The notes below the pieces were generated by a model. That model had not been told where the DNA came from. It saw only the letters and a program-made list of their open reading frames with translations, and searched no databases. A stretch of DNA of 64,000 nt from NCBI RefSeq assembly GCF_001194135.2, contig NC_068987.1, forward strand, positions 43,549,034 to 43,613,033, in the 5' to 3' direction. This stretch comes from Octopus bimaculoides. Taxonomy: Eukaryota. Shown piece by piece: positions 62,680 through 64,000 of the stretch. Within the stretch, counting starts at the first letter, position 1. The number at the start of each line of letters is the position of its first letter. The position numbers and the translations under genes are program-made.

Positions 62680-63177
62680 NNNNNNNNNNNNNNNNNNNNN
62701 NNNNNNNNNNNNNNNNNNNNNNNNNNNNNNNNNNNNNNNNNNNNNNNNNNNNNNNNNNNNNNNNNNNNNNNNNNNNNNNNNNNNNNNNNNNNNNNNNNNN
62801 NNNNNNNNNNNNNNNNNNNNNNNNNNNNNNNNNNNNNNNNNNNNNNNNNNNNNNNNNNNNNNNNNNNNNNNNNNNNNNNNNNNNNNNNNNNNNNNNNNNN
62901 NNNNNNNNNNNNNNNNNNNNNNNNNNNNNNNNNNNNNNNNNNNNNNNNNNNNNNNNNNNNNNNNNNNNNNNNNNNNNNNNNNNNNNNNNNNATATATAAA
63001 TATATGTATGTATGTGTATATATGTATACACACACACATGCACACATATACTATGTCCTATATTACACAGGTTAATCATTCTTCAATAAAATCAAAACGC
63101 CTTTATCGTAAAATTTTTATGGGATATGTAGGATTATATATCCCATGTCTCATATACCTTTTGTCTAAATCGGTGTA

Positions 63178-64000
63178 CAGTTGAAGCAGAAATGAAGAAA
63201 AACGTATTTATAAGGTGTTTCTTCTTATTATGCAAGTTAACAAGATACTGCTTTCCCCCCATGTAATATGTGATTTTGAAATGATTTTTCGTAATTTCAG
63301 ACACAGGAAATATAGAAATGGGTCAAAGTAAAGATATAGCATCAAAGGAGAAGAAAGAAATAGTGACACTACTGGGAGAAGGGGATACAACAACTGTTAT
63401 TTCTAAAATGCTAAATTGAGATCACAGAACAATAAAAAAAAAACAGGTACAAAATATTGAGAGAGTAAGAATAAGGAAGAAAACTGGTTTCAAGAACATC
63501 ACAAATAGAGATAAGAGAAAACTCAAAAGAATTATGTGCAACTAAAGTAGGTTAACCAGCAAACAAATCTTTGAAGAAACAGTACTCTCTAACATACAAA
63601 GGAAAAAACGTTGCACAATACTAAAACAAATAAGCAAAGTCATAAATTTCACAAAATTGCCTCCTTTAAAGTAGACAAAGAAGAAAGAGTGACATGGGCA
63701 AAAAGATATATGAAGACAGTCTTTACTAATGTAATTTTTACTGATGAGTGCAAAGCAACATTAGATGGACCTGATGGATGGGCAAGAGGCTGGGTATTAT
63801 AAAGAAAAAGTCAACCAACACAATTAAGAAGACAGCAGGGTGGTGGAAGAATCATGTTTTGGGCTGGAGGAGACATTATAAGTCTGTTTAAGGTTGCTCA
63901 TGAAGTCAAAATAAATGCTGAAAATTATTACAAGTTTCTAGGTGACAACTTCTTCCATTGGCACAAGTCAACATCATGAAGTTTCAAGTTAAACAGCATA
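63178..64000 (+). mobile_element. Tc1/Tc3-like transposon, runs off the window end
   Basis: TA+CAGTTGAAG start; MGQSKDI..., IFTDECKATLDGPDGWARGW, RRQQGGGRIMFWAG. Confidence 0.85.

Noticed and set aside
63119-63150. 9-bp inverted repeat atgggatat/atatcccat
   Set aside because: Could be a decayed hammerhead stem II, but neither core motif is present

Overview
AT-rich, microsatellite- and repeat-dense animal genomic DNA with about 15 N-gaps. ORF-track entries made of X runs are gap artefacts. The repeat landscape suggests a coleoid cephalopod, probably Octopus (inference). One host gene can be fully reconstructed by hand: an 8-coding-exon peroxisomal 2,4-dienoyl-CoA reductase (DECR2) on the minus strand, 28741->830. 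It has 867 nt of CDS (288 aa), all introns are GT-AG, all phases join, and it ends in the PTS1 signal -AKL. Its introns and the 35 kb upstream are filled with decayed mobile elements: two CR1-type LINEs, R4/Dong-like, RTE and L1/Tx1-like LINE fragments, two Ty3/Gypsy remnants, a Helitron fragment, Penelope-like elements, several Tc1/mariner families (DD34D, DD36E, DD37D), tRNA-derived SINEs and MITEs. The most interesting unannotated signals are: (1) an apparently intact minimal type I hammerhead ribozyme at 38358-38410 (-) next to a GIY-YIG-like fragment, plus degenerate relatives; (2) an ORF1-only (half-L1-like) element carrying a TATA/Inr promoter module that recurs elsewhere in the window; (3) a PHD finger inside an RTE ORF2; (4) a DD36E Tc1 element; (5) a 34-bp hairpin. 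No prokaryote-type system or CRISPR array is present. All element boundaries and alignments were made by eye, and repeat family names are motif-based, not database hits.
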